Assembly (NCBI GenBank): GCA_024704765.1
Contig: JAKMXF010000354.1
Location: 1,032,099-1,096,098 of the forward strand
From: Oopsacas minuta
Lineage: Eukaryota > Animalia > Porifera
Direction: 5' to 3'
DNA: 64,000 bases
Shown here: positions 11,596 through 24,500 of the stretch, one piece after another
Numbering within the stretch: the first letter of the stretch is position 1
Layout: each line of letters begins with the position of its first letter
Program-made: the position numbers and the translations under genes
The notes under the pieces: model-generated
The model's database searches: none
The model's input: the letters and a program-made list of their open reading frames with translations, nothing else
What the model was told of the DNA's origin: nothing

Positions 11596-14286
11596 ATGGA
11601 TGAGGATAATACGGACTTATCTTATTCAGAGTATAATCCTCTCACAAGGAGTATATCGTTAAATAAACCTAGCAACAGATTTTCGGTGAATTTACGGAGA
11701 CACGATCCTCTCAGACGATCAACACAGGAACGCTCGCCTCTAACAATTACACACTCTCTTCCTGTTAATACTTCATTGCCATTATCATTAAGCTCAACGA
11801 TGGACGAAGAAGTGAAAAGAAGATCGAGACTTTTGAGATTTTCCCGAAGGAATTTGAGTAAGAATTCATTACTTATCGCCGAGAAGGCAAAAGACATTAC
11901 AATGGAGGGTATACTAATGCCAGGGGAGTGTGTGATCACACAGGTAGATGACGCCAGACATGTAAACCCGCACAAAGAAAACGAGACATATGCGATACCC
12001 CAGAGGATCAGGGGAACACTCATAAGCACGAACTTCCGATTAATTTTCCTGAGCAGTGAATGTGTCTGTCCGGCTAGCTTACAGCTGAGTAGTGAGACCT
12101 ACTGGCGGAACATTCCTGATTACTTTTCGGTATCTAAGGGGAACATTCACACCATTCAGACCCTTGTAAAGGGGTCCAGTGAGTACAGACAACTAAACAA
12201 ACATACAAAGGCAATGAGGATCCCTGAAGAGTTCAGGATTATCTGCAAGGACACAACAAGAGTGCGGTTCTTGATGTCCGAGTGTCCGCCAGGGCAAGTA
12301 AAACAGTTCATACATGCTGTACTCCATCACACACAGCCGTGTAGCGTAACGAAACTATTCGCAGTGGACCTGGGGAGATCATGGGACCCAGCTACGATCC
12401 CAAGGGGAGAGGTTAAGGTTCCATCATATGAGGAGGTCAGTGACTGGGAGAATGAAGTCCAGGAACTCAAACTTATAAACTGGAGAGTATCAGGTGTGAA
12501 TTCTAAGTTTGAACTAAGTCAGACCCTGCCACCTTATCTCGTCTGTCCCCTCATGGTGCCGGACAAGTTACTGACACAGACCTCACAGTTCTATCGGCTA
12601 GGGAGACTCCCAACCCTCTCGTACTCGACACCAAACGGATTCCTCTTGATGCGGTCTGCTTATTTACTTCCTGAGTATACCGGGGTAACACCTGTATCCA
12701 TATCATTACTAGAACATAATTACATTAGTTCATGTGTCCAGCAGGACTCGACTAATTCTATGGAGAGGACTGAGTACTTGCGTATTGACCTCGGACAAGA
12801 TCTCCCGACCCTCGCTCAGATCCAATTCAGCTACGCTAGAATGATGGAGGCTGTTCATGAGGAGGACAAGTGGTTGAGCTCTGTGGAAAATACAAAATGG
12901 CTCGAAATAGTGTCGAGTTGTCTGGAACGGGCTGTCCATACGGTAGACCTGTTAAAAACCCAAAAGCAACACGTGTTACTATTGGAACCAGAGGGCAGAG
13001 ACCTCACGGCACTTGTTGCTACCCTCGTACAGCTGATTTGTGACCCACAGTGCCGGACACTTATCGGATTTGAGACCCTCATCCAAAGAGAATGGGTCGC
13101 ATACGGTCACCCCTTTTGTACCAGACTTAAACACACCTCTGAGAATCTGGGGGAGGATGACACCAACGGACTCTGTCCGATATTCCTACTCTTGCTGGAC
13201 TGTTGCTGGCAAATAATGCAACAATTTCCAACAACTTTTGAGTTTAATTCCCAATTTCTGTTGATGATGGCACAAGAAATGTACTCATGTGCCTCTGCCA
13301 CTTTCCTCTTCAATTCTATCCGACACAAACTGGAGTCTTTAGAACTTCTGGCAGACAACAACCAAACAACATTCCTTTACACCTTCTGGCAACTAAGGAG
13401 ACTAGTATACCCAACTCAACAGACAGAAACAGCGTTGAATCCCCTCTATTGTCTGAGACAGGCCCTTATGAGTAACAGCGATATGTACTCACTCATAGAG
13501 GATTGTCTAAACACATTCTCGATACATAGATCCACCGGGGGATATCTTGGCCGGTCTATTTCCCTCTATTCTATGCCTCTACACTCTTCTAGGAAAGGTT
13601 CTATAATGGGATCTAGGTCAGTGAGTATCGTTAATAAACCAATCGTGACAACTCTCACTGACAATGTCCTATTCAAACAACTTGAGGACACACTTGAGCC
13701 AAAGTTCCACTTGACACAGTTACAAATTTGGAAAGACTTTTTCGTGACTTCTTGTTGGGACTTTGAGGCCTGCGATCAGAGTTACACCTGTATGGTTGAG
13801 AAAGAACTCCAGAAGTTGGTTAAACAGATTTTTGATTTATATCACAATGCAACCGAAGTTCAAAGCATTATTGACAGTTTCACACCGGATATACGCCTCA
13901 ATCTGGACACCTTTAACCCTCCCTCCTCCGAGACCTCCCCCTCACAAGAACCATTCCTAGACATACTAACGGACAGTACGTCAAATATTAGCAGCTCACC
14001 TTCAAGCCATCTAAACGAGATGACACGATCATGCACCATCTCCGCGATACCCCCAACAGCTCCCTTTATAAAACCAAACGCCCCACAGATTATCCTAGAC
14101 AAAGATATGTCAAAACTACACAACAACAACAAAAATAACAACAGAGAGAAGATATACTTTAAAATTCCTATTGTAAGTGTAAGCGAGTGTGCTGAAGCTC
14201 TTTACATTCTTAAACATGATATGGTTGATATGGAGATCACGTGCTTAGACATGAAGATAACCCGTGAAGAGTACGCAGAGGTGTGA
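11596..14286 (+). CDS. Myotubularin-related pseudophosphatase (MTMR10/11/12 type), single exon, 896 aa
   Basis: PH-GRAM-like region plus myotubularin domain (WLSSVENTKWLE, CRTLIGFETLIQREWVAYGHPF, FPTTFEFN). The CX5R loop reads VLLLEPEGRD, like the MTMR10-12 inactive signature. Confidence 0.85.
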   Translation: MDEDNTDLSYSEYNPLTRSISLNKPSNRFSVNLRRHDPLRRSTQERSPLTITHSLPVNTSLPLSLSSTMDEEVKRRSRLLRFSRRNLSKNSLLIAEKAKDITMEGILMPGECVITQVDDARHVNPHKENETYAIPQRIRGTLISTNFRLIFLSSECVCPASLQLSSETYWRNIPDYFSVSKGNIHTIQTLVKGSSEYRQLNKHTKAMRIPEEFRIICKDTTRVRFLMSECPPGQVKQFIHAVLHHTQPCSVTKLFAVDLGRSWDPATIPRGEVKVPSYEEVSDWENEVQELKLINWRVSGVNSKFELSQTLPPYLVCPLMVPDKLLTQTSQFYRLGRLPTLSYSTPNGFLLMRSAYLLPEYTGVTPVSISLLEHNYISSCVQQDSTNSMERTEYLRIDLGQDLPTLAQIQFSYARMMEAVHEEDKWLSSVENTKWLEIVSSCLERAVHTVDLLKTQKQHVLLLEPEGRDLTALVATLVQLICDPQCRTLIGFETLIQREWVAYGHPFCTRLKHTSENLGEDDTNGLCPIFLLLLDCCWQIMQQFPTTFEFNSQFLLMMAQEMYSCASATFLFNSIRHKLESLELLADNNQTTFLYTFWQLRRLVYPTQQTETALNPLYCLRQALMSNSDMYSLIEDCLNTFSIHRSTGGYLGRSISLYSMPLHSSRKGSIMGSRSVSIVNKPIVTTLTDNVLFKQLEDTLEPKFHLTQLQIWKDFFVTSCWDFEACDQSYTCMVEKELQKLVKQIFDLYHNATEVQSIIDSFTPDIRLNLDTFNPPSSETSPSQEPFLDILTDSTSNISSSPSSHLNEMTRSCTISAIPPTAPFIKPNAPQIILDKDMSKLHNNNKNNNREKIYFKIPIVSVSECAEALYILKHDMVDMEITCLDMKITREEYAEV

Positions 14287-14509
14287 ATGTATTTATATTT
14301 GTATATGTGTAATTAGCAGTTAATAAAATTAAGTTTTGCAAAGGTATAACGAATCTGTCTATAATCTGTGAAAAGGTAAACAAAGGTCGTGTAGGGAGTT
14401 TCAACTTTAGTTTTGAAATAGAAAATAATCAACAAATCAACAAATCAACAAATGATTACTTGTGAATTATTAGAGTTGATTTTTGGAGATTTATAAGCTA
14501 AAATTACAA

Positions 14510-14624
14510 CAACTATATACTCATAAAGTGACAACTATATACTCATAAAGTGACAACTATATACTCATAAAGTGGCCACTATATACTCATAAAGTGACAA
14601 CTATATACTCATAAAGTGGCCACT
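14510..14624. repeat. 22-bp minisatellite, ~5.2 copies of C(A/C)ACTATATACTCATAAAGTG(A/G)
   Basis: Direct tandem units with no spacers; two variants (GACAA and GGCCA at the junction). Confidence 0.95.
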
Positions 14625-15580
14625 GAATCCGCCAAAAGTGCTCACATATTAGAAATAGAATATATTTGACTAATCTTAACTGGTGGATTAATATTGCTGA
14701 GCCACTACTCCAGCTCAATAATAAATGGCCTCAGTAATCTGTTTATCTGTGTTTATGTAATAAAATGTGGCATAGAAGTGGCATACGTATGTGAATTTAC
14801 AATAAATAGCAATCGTCATTTTGCGTAACTAAGGTAGTAATCAAGGAAGTAATTTTTAATTATAATAATTAAATTCAGAATGGAAATTAACAAATTAGAA
14901 GTAATAATTCCAGCTGTGAGGTAGCTTAATTAATTTTCACACCTCTAGAAATAGTGTCCTAATTATAGAATATTATAATAATCAAAATAAAGAATGTATT
15001 CTAATCAAATAGCGGGACTGAAAGTAATATTTAAGATATTTGTATAGCACAAATGTGTCAGTATAACAGCCACTAAAGACACAAATGTTAGCGTCAAAAT
15101 AGTGGCATTCTAGGAGAGTACCTGTATGAAACACTGCCATCTGGTCTGACATATCCAAAAGTAGGATTTATGCCATTTTACAAGGGAACATATCAGCAAA
15201 AACGGACAATTTGGAAGATAAACTTATCACAAAAGTCTGTAGAATGTATTGGATATTCTGACACCTTCAAATACTCATCAGCTGATCATAGATAACAGAG
15301 CTAATTAGAAAACATATAATACATAACTCCCATATTCCCAAAGGTGTGAAAACATGCATATCAACCAAAAATTCATGCAGGATTGAAGGAGAACAAAATA
15401 ATAAACAAACACATGAATATTCACATTCCTAAACCCTCTATGGTTGTCACGGACACGACCCCATTAGAAAAACGGACCCTGTGGATCCTTCAGGAAGATA
15501 ACAGACTTAGCATTGTAAAAATATACAGAATTGTCCATTTACCAAATACATAATTAAAAAATAAATATATACACAGATTA

Positions 15581-18500
15581 CTAGTCCATTCCAATTGAAT
15601 ATTCAGCAAGCCATGCCAACATAAACGTATCTTTGGAATCTACCTCTATAGAGGAGATAGGTTGTTCAGCTAAGTCTTTGAATCCAGTACCGATACTGAC
15701 GATTACAGGCCGGTGTCTGTGTAGACGGTCGAATTTTTTGTGATTTGACTCCCGTTGCCTGGACGGGAGGGTCTTCCCGAGGATTCTAGGCATCCAGTAG
15801 CCCGGTTGTACAATCCCATTCATTCGTGTCAGACTGTACACAGTCCTGTCGTGTCCCTCTAGCTCGCATTTTATCCGACAGAGCTCTGTATTAAAGATAT
15901 ATATCATTCCTTTCAGTGTGCCCAAATATATGAATTCTTCGAATGCTATCATAGACTGAACAGGGTCTTCCTTATGATCACAGAATCTAAACTCCCGCCC
16001 GGGGATTGGTTCTCGTTTCTCTGCGTCCCAACATTGGAGGATCGAGGAGGGGTTCAATAGGGACCAAATCTGATGGTACCGGTTGTAAGAGAGGGTATGA
16101 GCTAGGTGATGAATGTACCCATGTTCTGTCTGATCCTCTTGAGAGAAGGGAGCTTTAAGATACTCCGGGTGAGAGAAGGTATAATTTTTTACATTCATAA
16201 CAGCTACTGTACTCTTTAAGCAACCACACCAGACCTTAGGAATTTGTAAATATTAGTAAAATTGTGTTTATTGATTAACTGATGATAAATAGAAATAAGA
16301 AAAGTGTGAACTTATGGAACTGTCTCACCCAATCAAATTATAGGGTTTACCCACTTAATCTGCTAATAAATTATCTTAAAGTAACCTGAAAAGTGTCCTC
16401 CTCATTAGTTGGTATAGCAATTATAGTGTTGATGGAATGTGTTAACTTAACAGTATGCTTAACAGGTAGATAGCACTTCCTCTGGTCAACGTATCCCTTA
16501 TAGTCCCACTCCTCTATCTCACTTGGCTGATCCTCAAAACATAGAATTGTACCAGAGAACGTACTAACGACGACAGTACATAACTCTGGGTAGTAAACGA
16601 TGCTAGTTATTTCGTTCTCCCCTTCTTCTTCCTGTCCTGCAAGTATGAGAGGACGCTGGAACAGCTGTTTATGAGTACTGGCTTGGTACACGAATAGCTC
16701 CCCTCCCTCTGAGCAAGCCCAAACCGTATCCTTAACCGCACAGAGACACTTTACCTAATTATAAATAATGAATATATTCACACAAATCTAGGATACTATT
16801 GCTGTAGTTATTTGTGAAGTTTTATAGCTGCATATTCTAATTAGCACTGAGGTGTTAGGTAATCACATCAGCTGTTAATTAAATTACCGGGTATATGAGA
16901 TTATTACAACTTACTCTCGATGGACAGAGCGGTACAGTTTCTATGTTAAGATAAGGGTGCTCTTGGAAACTGACAACAGTCGCTTGTCCCATTCTTTCAT
17001 CCTTGAAGCAGATCCAGAGCTCCTCCCGTGTCTCCATTGTACTATAGGAGCTTGAGCTTTTCCTCTCGGGGGATCGATGATCTGAGGACATATCCAATGA
17101 GTTTAGAGATTGGCTATGAGGTGTTTGTGGTAGGACACACAGACAAACAGCTGATACGGGGTTAGAAATTCCGAGAGGGAATGAATCAATCAGTCGGGGG
17201 AGAGAATCCTTGTTCAGAACCTAAATAATTGAGTGAAAATTACTCCCACCACACCTCGACTGAAGGAGGGGACATTGCCACAGGTGTGAAGAAAGGTATG
17301 CATACACCATTTGACCTCTGAACATGCCTCGAGGGTGAGGTTATTCAAAGGTGCTAAAAACGACAACTTACCTCAACTAGCTTTGGAGCGGTTGGACGGA
17401 ACCTCGGATCATCCTCCCAACACCACCGCATACAGGACAGAAAGAAGAAAGGGTTAGTAACCTCCCTCTTTTGTAGAGATGGCCTCTCTCGCGACACAAT
17501 CAACTTTTCTATCTGTCCATCCATTAGATTCTGGTATTCATAAGGAAAATGTCCAGCAATGAGTTCATACATAAACATTCCCATTGAGAATATGTCTACC
17601 TTAGAGTCACATGTCTCTGTACCATGAAACTTTAAAATCTCAGGGGCCATAAACCCGGGTGTACCTCTGAATCCTTTGCTCTTACCGAGGACAGAATATC
17701 TATGCAAGAAACGTGACAATTTAGAATCTCATATATTCCTGTATATTAATACAGGTTATAAGAACGTGTATTGCTACTCCCAAGGGTGTTCTTATAACCG
17801 GCATATATTGTATTTGGACAACTGTCCCGCTTTTGGGGGACAAGATTTGATATATTCGGACCCATTGGGACTGATAGGGGTCATATTTACTCACCTACTA
17901 ATTCCCATGTCAGCTACTTTGACATTAACCACAATCTTCTCATCATTTAGTGCATTCATATTCATATCGTCTCGTTTATTGTAACTACCCTTCAAATATT
18001 GAATAGTTGGAAATTCAAATGCTAGAATATTTGGCGATTTAAGGTCGTAATAAATTATCTCTTTTTTGTGGAGGTAAGCTATACCCTCTGCTACTTGACA
18101 GATCACCTTGTGGAGGACGTGTGGCTGAATAGAGAGGTTGTTCTCCCAGTATGACGTCACTATTGCGTGGAGACTCCCTAGTGGTGCCCATTCTACGAGC
18201 ATGGAGTAAGGATTAAGTAGTAACCCCAATACCTAAAGGAATGTTAATTGAATTAGAGTGAATAGTTGTTTTTGTTTGTTTGTTGTTTGTTTGTCAGTTA
18301 CAATGGAACCTCGTGAATACGAACACCGACGGACTGTCGTATCTGTTCGTTTGTTCATTTGTTTTGTTTGTTAGTTTTCAATAATAAACACAAGAATCTA
18401 CGAATAATTATAGTTACCTTAATAATATGAGGATGTGATAAACTCTCCAATATACTCAATTCAGCTCTCATACTCAGATAGCCAGCCATAGACACATGCT

Positions 18501-21500
18501 TATCATCTGTCCTACTATCCCCCCTCTTCTCACTGTTAGCCTGGACCTTAATTGCGATTTCCTCCCCCTGGTCTCCTGTCGTACACTCACTCCCATTAGG
18601 ATTACGGAACAATTTCCCTGAGAATATATCACCAAATCCTCCCGAATCAATATACACATTCCTATCCACACAATTGGAATCTAGGACCATATACTGGATA
18701 TCTGCAAACATTAAATCAGGAGCTATATCCGCGATATTAACTTTATTGTGATTAGCGCAATCAATGAAGTGAGATTCCTTACTAGAGAACACAAGCTCCT
18801 CCACCAGGAACGCGTATGTGTTAAGTAAGGCCTGTGAGATCATTACACTAGCGTTGACACGATCGTCTTTTATAGAGAACCCCCGCTTGCTGGGGTTTGA
18901 TTCTTTCTTTCTAATTGCGGACTTACCACATCGAGATTTATTGTCACTGTGCGACCCTTGTCCCATACCGATACAGAGGGGGCATGGGACCAATCGGACT
19001 ACTTTAGGGATACCCTCGTCAGGGAGGATGTTCCTGGCGCCCAGGCCTGGAAACCAATCTTCCAAGAGTGCGTCTATGAAGTCTACCACACGGGCTAAGA
19101 GCTTGGCACTTGTCCAGGACTTTTCCAGACTAGTCACAGAGTTGAGAGAAATAATATCCGGGATAAGTATCTCTAAACCTCTTCGTTTGAGTGCGTTAAC
19201 TGACTGATACGCACCATTAAACGCGAATATAATCATATTAGTATCAGCATATGGATCAATGGGTCCTACTCCTGTTTTGAAGTGTTGTTGTCCGTTAGGG
19301 TTTAAACTTTGTGTTTGTATGTCAGGGTATTTACGAGTGGTCATCTTGGACTTGTCGCTGGTGTCCTCATAAGCCTCATAGGGGGACCCAGAGCACCGAC
19401 TATAGAAATCTGTACCCATAATCTCGGAGATACGGATTACACTCTTTCCCTCAATCCAGAGTTCGATACCCGTCTTCCAGTAGGACCAGTTCAGTTTTGA
19501 GTGTTCGAACACTGTCATGAAGGACTTTGCACTCCCGGACTTATATCTGGTAGTTGGGGACACATCCTCTTCTGAGTCCTCAAGGGACTGTCCCAATAGT
19601 TCCCTTATCAGTTCCAAAATGGAGTTGTTAGACATCATACGAGAAATGAGACGAGGCCAGAAACCGCTAGGCATGTATAACATGAAATAAAATCTCCTTA
19701 GAAGTAGACCTGTGTACTTCAGTCTGACACCAGAGTCTCCTCTCTGGGAGGAGTGTTCATGTATACCAGCTGTGTATGACTGGTCGAATACTGGACTGGA
19801 CCCAGATTGGTGATCTAAGATAATTAAAATTATAGGATTCGTGTATGACAGGATTGATTTTGATTGGTTTGGATTGACAACAGGTTATACTTTAATTCGT
19901 AAAGCTCAAAATTGATTGGGTGGGACATTTGTCACCTATCTCATAGAGGTGACAATATTTCCTAATTCTGAAAAGTTCAATTATAGGTTTTCTCCGATTT
20001 TGTCATTTGGTACCGGTTTCAACTTTCAATAGGCATTGCTACATACCAAATGGCCTTCTTAAAATTACTTACAAATTGTACTACACCTCACGGATAATTG
20101 AATTAACACCTCTATAACTAACCGTTAGAGCTGATAGATGGAATACTCCATGGTTTATCCATTAGGTACTCCTGGATCACATCTTTTATGAGAGGACGGG
20201 GGAACTTGGTCCGGTACCAATGTATCGTATAGGTAGGGGTGTCTGGGAGGAAGGAAGGGATCAATAACTTCTCAGAGTCAAGAGCGAGGGCTACCTCAAA
20301 TCTCCCTAGCAACTCAACATATTCACTTTGGTATGTGGAGGGAAATACTTGTCCTTTGAATATTTGAGCCATGTTTGAGACACTCAATATGCCTGATTGT
20401 TGACAATCTCGCTTTATGTATCTGTTTACCTACACAAATGTAAATATTATCACCGTATATTGTAAACAAATAAATAAACAGTAGGGGCACTTCGTTTCAC
20501 TGTACACAAACTTGTTTACTTCATGCAAATACAAGAAGTAAATAATCTCACCTCAGCTACGGTGACAATATGCGCTAACATATCAACAAGCCACTGTGGA
20601 TCAATGAAATACAGATGTTCTAGAATTGGTGTATTATAATGCAATAATACACCATTTTCATGTAGATAGGTAACTGCATATTGGAGGTCAGCTGGTTCTG
20701 ATATTATGCCTCTCGTGTGTTCTCTGAATTCCTGGGCGTTCATGACAGGTGTTCTAGAAATTCCTTTGCATTCCTTCCGTATCTGGTGGATAGATTCCTC
20801 TAGTTTAATATACTTAGCGGGTACAGGTTGGTCCAGTAGGGTTTGTCCACCCGATTTTCCAGATCTCCCCTTCCTCTCGTTAGGAGATAGGGCCATGGCG
20901 ATGTCATAAATGCTCCGTCTCAATTCATGGATCCCTTCAGACCGTCCGTTACTCGGCATAGCTACAAAATAGACACCTTTGACAACAGGGAGGCCATGTT
21001 CCTCTAGTTCATGAAGGGGTCTGTCTACCAGATATTGTTCTCGTATGTATGTCTCTAGGCGGAGCTTCTTCTCCTCTCTATCCTGCTGTGTATACCCCAG
21101 CAGGTCTGCATGAGAGCCTATGGAATCCAGTTATAAACAGCAGGTTTGTTTGTTTACTTGTTTATTTGTATATTATTGTCCATAACTAACCAATAATAAT
21201 AACAGGAGATCCTGGTGCTCTAGACTGTATGTTATGCAACCAAAAGGCTAAGTTCTTGATTCCTTCCCTGTCTTTAGAAGCATTCCATAGCAACAAGTAT
21301 AGAGATCGGTATGTGAGGAAGCATTGATGTGTTGCGTAATATTCCTCCTGTCCAGCAAAGTCCCATGTATAGAATGTTATCGTTGGATTCCCTTTAGGGG
21401 ACTTTAATTTATTCTTTATTGCTCCGAAGTGATTATCCGCCAGATCCTTACTGTACTTCCACTCCCCTAGATCGACCCCTACCGTGGACAGCTGTTCCTT

Positions 21501-24500
21501 TGGCTGAGGGGGGGAACTATCTTGAGAGCACTGGGAGTAGTTTAGAGAGTTGGTACGTTCGCCCCATGCGGGGTTAAACGTGCTCCCCTTCTCACTAACC
21601 TAGAGACACAGTGTTCATAAAATACAGGATAAAGGGGACCAGAGGAACCAGAAATGATCACATAGGGTCCAAGCCGGGAATAATACTATATGGAACAATC
21701 ATGAGAGTATTCAACGGAATAGTTACCACTTACTTCTCTGAGTTTAGTGAGTAGAGTTGTCTTTCCTTGTCTCTGCAGACCCACCATCATTAGCTTCATT
21801 TTATAATTCTTAGCGGAGCTGTCCAAGAGAGCCCGCATGTAATTTAGCTTATCCGTTGTCCTGTGGTATTTGTCCAGATCGGCCACAGTTGGTCTAACAA
21901 GATCCAATCCTGAATAGTCCAACTGGAACAAATTCTCAAGTCGAGATAACTCAAGGGGTAAATTCTCCACCATTTCATTGTGACTGACATTTAGTGACCC
22001 TAAGGTGTGTATCTGTGAGATCTCCTTGGGAATATCAGACAATTTATTATTGGAAATGTCCAAGTTGGACAGCTCGGGGTAAAGCGGGGGGGCTACCTCC
22101 GTAGTGGACTCCTTTTGGTCCTTATGAGTCAGTTCCCTTGTAACGCTTGTACTCACTGAAAAACCTTAAGATAAAGTCCTTGGTAACACTATTGGTGTAA
22201 TGGAATTTCATTCTAATTAATAATAAACTAACCAGAGTCTTTAGAATTCTTTAGTTGGGAATGAAACCCATGACCTGAATTCTCTGAGGAACCGGAACCA
22301 TGACTGTTCTTATTATAGTTCCCAATTGTTCCTATGGAGTAGCTGTCACGAGGGATACTAGCGGTCTCTGTAGGGTCCTCTTGTGATCTGTCTATGCCAG
22401 AGACGTTTTGCTTGATCGGCATTCTAAAAATAGAATATAATTAAATTCACAGTTCACACGTTAAATACTGCCACCTGATATTCTGTGTAAATGTGTCGAC
22501 CTATCAGATGTTAGGGTTTACCCAGTATGTAAGGCTGATATTCTATTGGTTTATACATGAATGTACAAGTTACTTAGGGTATATTCACATATTAACACCT
22601 TGTTAGCACTTGATGTATGTAACCATGGCAACCATGAGATAGGGAGCTATTTGTTAATAATATTCTAACCTGAATAGAGTAATGCTAGTGAGATTATTCT
22701 TAGCAAGTCTAAGAGTTGATAACTTTCTTAAAGTTTTGTGGAATCTATGGGGACAGACGAGTTCCTGATCGTCCAGGACAGTTACCGTCTGAGAGTGTGG
22801 GGAGTAACACGCTTGGTCCTTATACGCGCTAGAGGTCAAACTAGTAGATATGCACTCGGTCAGCTGATTAGAAGAGGCGTCAAGTATTTCAAGGTTAGGA
22901 GGGAAATCATGTACAACACCCAACTGTTTAAGCTGATTATGCGCTATGTATAGTTTCTTAAGGGTGGGAGCGTAACATGCCAGAGCTGGGGGTAAACAGA
23001 TAAGATAATTGTAGTTAAGAGAGAGTGTTGTTAGACAAGATTCCTTGGCTCCTCTGCTCTTCTGAGGGATGTCTAGCTCAGAGCTGTCCGGGTCTTCTAA
23101 AGTACTCTTCCTAGACTGCTCTCGTCTCATGTTTATTTTCTTATCCAGTGTCCCGAATAACTGTCCCTTTATAGGAGCGGCTAGAGTAGACATCCATCGG
23201 TCTGTGGTGTTCGGACGGAACCGAGTGTTCTCGATATGAACAGGAGGGAGATAGGAGTTGTATGAGTCTGAGAATGAAGTTAGTCCGCTGGTTGTGAGGG
23301 AGTTGGTGTGTTGTAGGGTGTGTACGGGTGTAGTCTTGCTAGAGGGAGATAGAAGCACTTTATCTCCCCGGACAGAATTGTCCAAATTGCTTTCCTAGAA
23401 AATAAATCTGATCGAATATTTGAAATTATTGAAGACATTGTAAATGCTATACAAAACCTGAAATTTGGTGACAAGTTGTGCAATCATAATATATTGTAAA
23501 TTCTAATCAAATGATCCACAAAATCTTTGGGATAATGTGACAAATGTGTCCACCTATCAGATTTGAGGGTTTATCAATTATATGTTTACTAATAAATTAA
23601 TTATTAACACCCTGAGACAGGAAATTGATTGGTTCTTACCTCAGAAAGATTGAGTGGGGTCGGATTAGGCAGTTGAGAAATCTTGTTATTGTCTAAATAT
23701 ATGTGTGACAGGCCAGGTGAGCACCACATGGAGACCGACACCATTGAGATATTATTGTGAGTGGCTCTGAGCTCTTCTAGAGAGGGCAGGCTAAATATGT
23801 GTCCCGGGAGTTCTGTCAGGAGGTTGTGTGAGGCGTTGAGTTTGCGGAGACGGGTACAACTCCAACTGACCTAAATTGGTGTAATATGTACCTCTAAGGG
23901 ATCGTAGACCAAAGGCCGTGGGGAGTAGGAAATAGGCACATAGCAGCCACAATTTTCACAGAGACAATGGTGTGAAGTGGCTACTAGGTCGACACAATTT
24001 TCACACTTCTCCAGGGCACATTTAAACTGGAGTACAGTGTAGCTGCACAAACGGGGAAACGGGGTGGAATTTGTCCCTAGCACCCGATTTGTGGAGGTTA
24101 CACTATAATAATATGTAACTGAAACTATAAAGAGTTACCTCATCCAGATCTGTCCCCTCTTGACACATGGAATTGTGTAGAGGGGGGGGAGAGGAGGGTA
24201 ACAAAGTCAGCTGATTGTTACTAACATCAATCTCAATCAAGTTAGACAGCTGGAAGATCTGGAAGGGGAGAGAGGTCAACTTATTCCTGGAAACATCTAA
24301 CTTTATTAATACACTAGAAATTGCGGGCTTGAGGTTCTCTCTTAAAACTGTCTGTATCCAATCAGGATGAAGTTTGGTTAGCTCTCGGTGTTGCCAGACT
24401 ATGTCTAGGAGGTGTGATTCCTTCTCTGAGGTGTGATAGTCCGAGGTCTGGTCGTTGGGAGATATTTGGACACCCGTTGAGTAGCTGAGGAGCAGGCCAG

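Noticed and set aside
14510-14624. CRISPR-like array
   Set aside because: The units are contiguous with no unique spacers, there are no cas genes, and the context is eukaryotic.
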